A stretch of DNA of 64,000 bases, from the NCBI GenBank assembly GCA_963798845.1, contig CAWCUS010000002.1, positions 128,001 to 192,000 on the forward strand, written 5' to 3'. The notes below the pieces were generated by a model. It saw only the letters and a program-made list of their open reading frames with translations, had not been told where the DNA came from and searched no databases. The translations under genes and the position numbers were made by a program. This document shows, one piece after another, positions 58,777 to 64,000 of this stretch (within the stretch, counting starts at the first letter, position 1; each line of letters begins with the position of its first letter). The stretch is from an uncultured Gemmatimonadales bacterium. GTDB lineage: Bacteria; Gemmatimonadota; Gemmatimonadetes; Longimicrobiales; RSA9.

Positions 58777-59208
58777 AACGGGATCGCCTACTTTGAAGGC
58801 GACCTGTACGTCACCAACTCGGAGAAAGGCCTGATCGTGCGGATCCCGGTGAACCCGGATGGCTCGGCAGGCGAGCCGGAGCAGGTTGCGGGCGGAGAGG
58901 CTCTGTTCGGCCTCGACGGCCTGGAAGTCGATGTCCACGGTCGGCTGTACGCCGCGCTGAACGTGCAGAACCGGGTGATCCGCGTGGATCCCGGGACGGG
59001 CGAGGTGACGGATGTGGCCGGCGCCGCGGGCGAGCCGGACCCCGCGCTCGACTTCCCGGCTTCGCTCGCGTTCGGCACCGCCCGCGGCATGCAGAAGACA
59101 CTCTTCATCACCAACTACGCCCTGCTCGACGACGGCACCGATCCGACCCTCGCGGGGCCTGGGATCGCGAAAATGGAGGTGGGCGTGCCGGGTCGGCCCC
59201 TGCCGTAG
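58777..59208 (+). pseudogene. C-terminal fragment of an SMP-30/gluconolactonase-like beta-propeller
   Basis: NGIA....LYV.N...G.I.RIPV..DGS.G, DG...D..G.LY, LDFP.S.AFG......LFITN. Homology starts abruptly and no plausible N-terminal half or start is visible. Confidence 0.6.
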
Positions 59209-59223
59209 CGGCCCGCGATCGCT

Positions 59224-60963
59224 TCACTGGGGCCCGATCCGGGCGACGAGCGCCTGGAAGCGGGGGTGGGAGCGCAGCGGCGCGAACAGGAACGACCCCC
59301 TGATGCCGCTGATGGCCGCGGCTCGTTCTTCGAATGCGCGCTCGAGGAGATCTATGGCGCGCTCGTGCTCGCCGAGACCGGTGTGGATGTAGGCCAGGTG
59401 GTACGGGGCCACGAACTCCGTGGCCGCGCGCTCGGAGAGTTGGTCCAGGATCCGCCGCGCGTCGTCGGTGCGGCCGGCCACGGCGAGGGCCTGTCCGAGC
59501 TGGGCGAGCCACTGCGGGCTGTCTGGCGCAAGCTCGACGGCGCGCTCGAGCTCGGCGACTCCCTCGTCGTGCCGGCCCTGCATCATGAGCGCCCAGCCGA
59601 GTGTCGCGTGGCCCCGATCCTGTTCCGGGTCGAACTCGATGGCGCGGACGGCCTCGGCCTCGGCTTCCTGGTGGCGGCCCGCCCGGAGCAGCGTGCTCGC
59701 CACGTCCAGGCGGTGGACCAGCGGGTCCAGCTCCTGTGCGTGCCGCTGGAGCTCGAGGGCCTCGTCGAATCGTCCCACTGAAGCGCACAGGCGGCCATAG
59801 AGGTCGTAGGCATCGGTGCTGCTGGGGCACAGCTCGATCGCTCGCCGGAAGCCCGCCTCGGCGGCCGCCCAGTCGAACTCCCAGATCGCCTGGAGCTGCG
59901 CCATGGCGCAATGGGCCTCGGCCAGGTTGGGATCCAGGCGGAGCGCCTTGCCCGCGGCGTCCATGGCCAGCGGCCGCGCGACCTCGGCGCGGGTGGCCCC
60001 GCCCTCCGCCAGCTCCGCGTGCGCGAGGGCGATGCCGGTGTAGGCGAGGGCATACCCGGGATCGACGGCCACCGCGCGGCCGTAGAAATGGAGGGCTCGT
60101 CTGAGCCCGGTGGGCGTGAAGCGGATGAACCAGTGGCGGCCCTTCAGGTAGAGCTGGTAGGCTTCCACGCTCGTGGTCGGCTCCTTGCCGACGCGGCTCC
60201 GCTCGTCGGGCGAGAGCTCGGCCTCCAGGGCGGCGGCGATCTGGAGCGCCACGTCCGTCTGGATCGCGAAAATGTCCGTCAGCTCGCGGTCGTAGGTGTC
60301 CGCCCAGACGTGGCGGTCGGAGCGCACGTCGACGAGCCGCGCCACGATGCGGACGCGCCCCCCCGAGCTGCGAACGCTGCCGTCCAGCACGGTGCTCGCC
60401 CCCACGGCGGCACCGATGTCCCGGAGGCTGTGCTCCCGTGACTTGAACCGCATCACGGAGGCGCGGGAGATCACCCGCAGCCCGCGGATCCTCGACAGGT
60501 GGGCGATCACGTCCTCCGTGATCCCGTCGGCGAAATAGTCGTTCTCCGACTCCGGACCCAGGTTGACGAACGGGACCACGGCGACCACCGGCGCCGTGGC
60601 CGCGGCGGTCGGGAGTGCCAAGATCGAGGCGTCCGCGGCCGGCACGATCGCCGGGGTCCCTCCGCCCGCGCTGGCCGCCGGGGAGGTGGAGTCCAGGAGC
60701 GTGGCGGGGGGGACCGGCGTCGGAGCGTCCGTCCGCTCGATGCCTCCGGGCACGATGTCGAAGACCCACGCCAGGACGATCGCGACCGGAAGGCCCAGGA
60801 TCGCGAGGACGACCAGCAGCGTCATGGTCCGGGCCGGCAGGTCGAGAGCGGGCACCAGAATGTCCGCGCCCTGGAGCACGCCGAACGCGGCTACCACGTA
60901 GATGATGCCGGCCTGCACCACGCGGCGCCGCCTCAGCTCTGCGACGAACGCTCGGACCCTCAT
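59224..60963 (-). CDS. Membrane-anchored TolB-like/TPR protein (paralogue of 11499..13373)
   Basis: ELRRRRV...Y.V.A....AD; VAV.PF.N.....YFADG.TED.I..LS.I..L.VISR.S; TPRs; P....LR..PRF..L. Confidence 0.85.
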   Translation of the reverse strand: MRVRAFVAELRRRRVVQAGIIYVVAAFGVLQGADILVPALDLPARTMTLLVVLAILGLPVAIVLAWVFDIVPGGIERTDAPTPVPPATLLDSTSPAASAGGGTPAIVPAADASILALPTAAATAPVVAVVPFVNLGPESENDYFADGITEDVIAHLSRIRGLRVISRASVMRFKSREHSLRDIGAAVGASTVLDGSVRSSGGRVRIVARLVDVRSDRHVWADTYDRELTDIFAIQTDVALQIAAALEAELSPDERSRVGKEPTTSVEAYQLYLKGRHWFIRFTPTGLRRALHFYGRAVAVDPGYALAYTGIALAHAELAEGGATRAEVARPLAMDAAGKALRLDPNLAEAHCAMAQLQAIWEFDWAAAEAGFRRAIELCPSSTDAYDLYGRLCASVGRFDEALELQRHAQELDPLVHRLDVASTLLRAGRHQEAEAEAVRAIEFDPEQDRGHATLGWALMMQGRHDEGVAELERAVELAPDSPQWLAQLGQALAVAGRTDDARRILDQLSERAATEFVAPYHLAYIHTGLGEHERAIDLLERAFEERAAAISGIRGSFLFAPLRSHPRFQALVARIGPQ

Positions 60964-60964
60964 G

Positions 60965-61471
60965 TCACGCGCGGCCCTGCTCCCGATCGCGGCTCGCTGC
61001 CAGGCGCTTCATCAGCTGGATCTGGCCGGCGTGATACGTGTCGTGGAGGACAACGCCCGTGATCAGGTCCGCGTACGTGGTGGCACCGCCGCCCGCGGGC
61101 TGGTCGAGACGGCCCGGGTCGAAGGCGCGCAGCGTCTCCAGGAGGCGCTCGTGCCACTCCCGCACGAGGCGCCGCTCCATTTCCCACGCGCCTTCCGAGA
61201 CCGGCCCCAGCTCCGGCCAGTTGGCCGGCGAGAGGGGGAACGCGCCTCGCTCGCCCTGGCTGCCGAGCCGCCGCCACACGGCGTAATTCCAGTAGGCCAC
61301 GTGCACGGCGAGCTCGCGGATGCTGTGCCGGTCGGGGTACGGCTTCCACCCGGCCATCGCCGCGGAGATCCCGCGGATCGAGCCGAGGACCGAGGCACCG
61401 CCGTGCCACGGCTTGAAGCCGGGGGGCGGGTGGAAATGGCGGATCGCCTCCTCGAGGCGGCGGTCGGTCAT
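60965..61471 (-). CDS. DinB family protein
   Basis: PWHG, HSI.EL..H...W, H..YH.GQI.L.K. Confidence 0.85.
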   Translation of the reverse strand: MTDRRLEEAIRHFHPPPGFKPWHGGASVLGSIRGISAAMAGWKPYPDRHSIRELAVHVAYWNYAVWRRLGSQGERGAFPLSPANWPELGPVSEGAWEMERRLVREWHERLLETLRAFDPGRLDQPAGGGATTYADLITGVVLHDTYHAGQIQLMKRLAASRDREQGRA

Positions 61472-61543
61472 GGCGGCTCACGGGCCGTAGTGGCGGCGGC
61501 ACGAAAGCGGGATCGCGGGTGAGCCCATGGTCGTTCTCCTCCG

Positions 61544-62642
61544 CTAGGGTGATCGGGAAAGCGTTGCGTCGACCTCTGGAGCGGCAGCGGTGAACACGGC
61601 TCCGTACAGCCGCAGGGCGTTGCCGCCCAGGATGCCGGCGACGTCGTCGTCGCTGAATCCCCGGCGGTCCAGGGCGTCGATGAACACGGGCAGGTGCGCC
61701 ACGTCCTCCGCGCCGGCGATGAAGCGGATCATGTCGGCGGAGAGATCGTCTCGCACGAGCATTCTGATGCATCGCGTCCATGTAGTAATCCGCATAGTCC
61801 GGGCCCAGCGCGAGGCACCCGGGGCCGGCGAGCCCGGCGATGTGCTCGGCGTGGTCCGCGAGCCGGTCGGGCGTGGTCCGGGCCGGATCGTCGTCGACGA
61901 ACATGCCGAGGAAGTTGAGGCCGATCACGCCGCCACGCTCCCCCACCAGCCGGATCTGCTCGTCCGTCAGGTTTCGCCGGTTCCCGCAAATCGTGCGCGC
62001 GTTCGAATGCGAAACCATGGGCGGGAGGTCGTAGATCTCGATGGCGTCGAAGAAGGAGGAGTCGGACAGGTGCACGAGGTCCAGCACCATGCCGAGTGCC
62101 CGAACCTCGCGCACGACTTTCCGCCCGAAGTTGCTCAGGCCGCCTGGATTCCGCTCGCCGCAGCCGTCGGCGGCGAGGTTGCGCTCGTTGTGGGTCAGGA
62201 TCACCGAGCGGAGGCCGGCCGCGTGCAGGGCCCGCAGCGTGGCGAGGTCCTCCACGCAGCGGATCCCCTCCAACGCGAGCATGAAATGCACGGGATCGCT
62301 CGCCGCCTCCCGGGTGCCGTCGCGGGAAGCCGCCTCCAGCAGGTCGTGCGCGTCGAGCACCAGCCGGAATCCATCGTGTGCCTCGATCTGACGCAGGGTC
62401 TCGTCCATGATGCGCAGCACCAGACGCAGGTCCCAGAGCTCCAGCGAGCCGACCTCGAAGTCCCCGCCCACCGTGAGCACTTCCATGCTCACCCCGCCCT
62501 CGCGCAGGTTCGGCAGGTGCTCGGCAAGGAGGGCGTCCGGCCGCCCCTCCGACGCGGCACGGTACAGCTGGATGGCGTAGTCGGAGTGAACGTCCACGAC
62601 GGGGTGGCGCGGGATGAGGTCGCCGATGGGGCGATCGGTCAT
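61544..62642 (-). CDS. Membrane dipeptidase (peptidase M19); +1 frameshift at ~61763
   Basis: DVHSD, ALEG, LTHN..N..ADG, G.S..G...V, DL.H, SHSN.R......RN..D, G.D; the C-terminal L..RGF......ILG.N.LR lies in the next frame. Confidence 0.88.
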
Positions 62643-62705
62643 GACGGGTCTCCTTCCGGTGCGGGGGCGTGGGCGCCGGTCCACAGGCGACCCGGTCCTC
62701 TCGGG

Positions 62706-63833
62706 TCAGCTCGCGGGCTCGAACCCCACGACCACCAGGCCGTACGCCCTGTAATCGCCGAATTCATCCACGTCGAAATAGCCCCTGAACCCGCCCAGGT
62801 TGTAGTCGATGTAGAACCGGTCCTGGGCGTCGTATCCCTCGATGTTGTACCAGTGACCGGCGACGTTTCCCGGCTCATCCGGCGCGGGAGAGTCCGCACT
62901 CCGGGCCGCGGTCATGAGGGGGCGGCCGTGGGCCAGCTCGTTCTTGAGCAGAGCGATCCACTCCGCCCTCGAGTACTCCCACCGCCTCGCGAATCGAACG
63001 TTGTCGCTGACGTTCAGATGTCTCTTGAGGCCGTCGATGAAGACCTCGCCAGGGGTCCCGACATCCATTTCGTTGGTCAGTCCGATGGCACCGGCGATGA
63101 GGAAGACCCTGGCCACGTCCTCGTACTGCTCGAACGTCGCGCCGGACCCCAGGGAGACCGGCAGGTTCGAATAGTCCACGACGAGCGTATCGAAGTCGAC
63201 CTGCATCTGCACGTCGCCCCACGTGTTCGGCGCGTCGATCTGGCCCGTGGCCGTGATCCTGCCTCCCCAGTACCCGAGGACGCGGGCGAAAGCGGTCGGG
63301 CCACACGCCGCCCCGAACCGGCCGTTCGGGGCTCCGTTGCCTTCGTATGGCGGATAGAACGCGTTGTAGGGCCAGTGGAAGACGTCCCACCTCGACGTCA
63401 TCAACGGGTCCACGGAAGCGGGAAGGGTGCCCTCATCCAGCGTCCTGAACGGCAGGTCCTCCCCCCAGGCGGTGCCCTGGCCGTTGGTGGCGTACCCGCG
63501 GACGTGGTAGTCGGTGTCGGCGTCCAGGTCGTGGATCAGGATCGTGAAGTCGTAGGCGGCTCCTGCGTCCGCCAGGCAGTGGTCGGCCATCGCCGGATCG
63601 GAATGCCCGGACCAGCAGATCCCCTTGTCCGTGACCGCATCCCCTCCGGTCGCCACGATCTGGACGCGCACCTTGGCGGCGCTATAGAGGATGTTGCTCA
63701 CCGCCATCGTCTTCACGGTCGGCGTCGTGTTCTCCGGGCCCGTGAGACCGGGGTCCCCGCCCCCTTCCCCGCACCCGAAAAGCACCACCATCGCCGCCAA
63801 AGTCGCCCGCGCCATCACGGGTCTCGCGCTCAT
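62706..63833 (-). CDS. Lipoprotein with FN3-like domain and C10 (streptopain-like) cysteine peptidase domain
   Basis: Lipobox LFGC; PTV.T..VSNI...GG..VT.KG.CWS...Y.VR.YA.N..G..WG (FN3); V.PL....W....PYN..P, ACGPTA.A....YW (Cys), EL..GRP, GH.....GYD (His). Confidence 0.7.
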   Translation of the reverse strand: MSARPVMARATLAAMVVLFGCGEGGGDPGLTGPENTTPTVKTMAVSNILYSAAKVRVQIVATGGDAVTDKGICWSGHSDPAMADHCLADAGAAYDFTILIHDLDADTDYHVRGYATNGQGTAWGEDLPFRTLDEGTLPASVDPLMTSRWDVFHWPYNAFYPPYEGNGAPNGRFGAACGPTAFARVLGYWGGRITATGQIDAPNTWGDVQMQVDFDTLVVDYSNLPVSLGSGATFEQYEDVARVFLIAGAIGLTNEMDVGTPGEVFIDGLKRHLNVSDNVRFARRWEYSRAEWIALLKNELAHGRPLMTAARSADSPAPDEPGNVAGHWYNIEGYDAQDRFYIDYNLGGFRGYFDVDEFGDYRAYGLVVVGFEPAS

Positions 63834-64000
63834 GGTCCCCTTCCTGTCTTCGGTCCGCGTCGCCGGGAAGCGCCTCGTGAGCGCCACCGCGGAAGGGCGT
63901 GCCCCGAAGCCTTGCATCGGGCAACGACACGGGGCGCCGCGGCCCGTTGCCGAGCCGTCGGCGGGGGGAGGGTACGCCCGAAGCGTGGGCGGCGTCAAGC

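Noticed and set aside
15376..61765. Programmed ribosomal frameshifting or true pseudogenisation at AGAATG sites
   Set aside because: The motif is on the non-coding strand in the RAYT gene, the affected genes otherwise look intact, and in-frame AGAATG occurs in normal genes (~6448, ~16375, ~60857).
60960..62684. 574-aa dipeptidase with a long Arg-rich tail
   Set aside because: The tail results from the frameshift at ~61763; the real C-terminus ends at 61544 and dinB occupies 60965..61471.

Overview
High-GC (roughly 70%+ by eye) bacterial chromosomal window of about 60 genes. The gene families suggest Gemmatimonadota or a similar lineage (ECF sigma plus Ser/Thr kinase-TPR pair, 'ELRRRRV'-TolB-TPR proteins, a BNR/VPS10 hydrolase); this is inference only. 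Routine content includes pntAA/pntAB/pntB, heme O synthase, an M16 peptidase pair, prmA, tRNA-Pro(GGG), transporters and oxidoreductases. Highlights: (1) An ~8.8 kb co-oriented cluster: HD protein, PrpD-like dehydratase, fungal-type fused homoaconitase, homoisocitrate-dehydrogenase-like enzyme, CitD-CitE fusion and CitF. It reads like a homocitrate or other C6/C7 tricarboxylate pathway using a citrate-lyase-type complex in place of a synthase, and is the best candidate for an undescribed system. (2) An archaeal-type HMG-CoA synthase/thiolase/DUF35 operon. (3) A hopanoid C-2 methylase (hpnP)-like gene with an hpnL-like neighbour. (4) A RAYT-type Y1 HUH transposase bounded by imperfect inverted ends, plus several intergenic repeat arrays. 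(5) An MhqR-like MarR regulator with TATCTCGAA operators in front of itself and yceI. (6) At least eight single-base frameshifts, five of them repairable by the same AGAATG->AGATG change, which points to a systematic sequencing artefact (possibly methylation-linked) rather than real pseudogenes. All family calls come from motif recognition by eye; no database searches were run.
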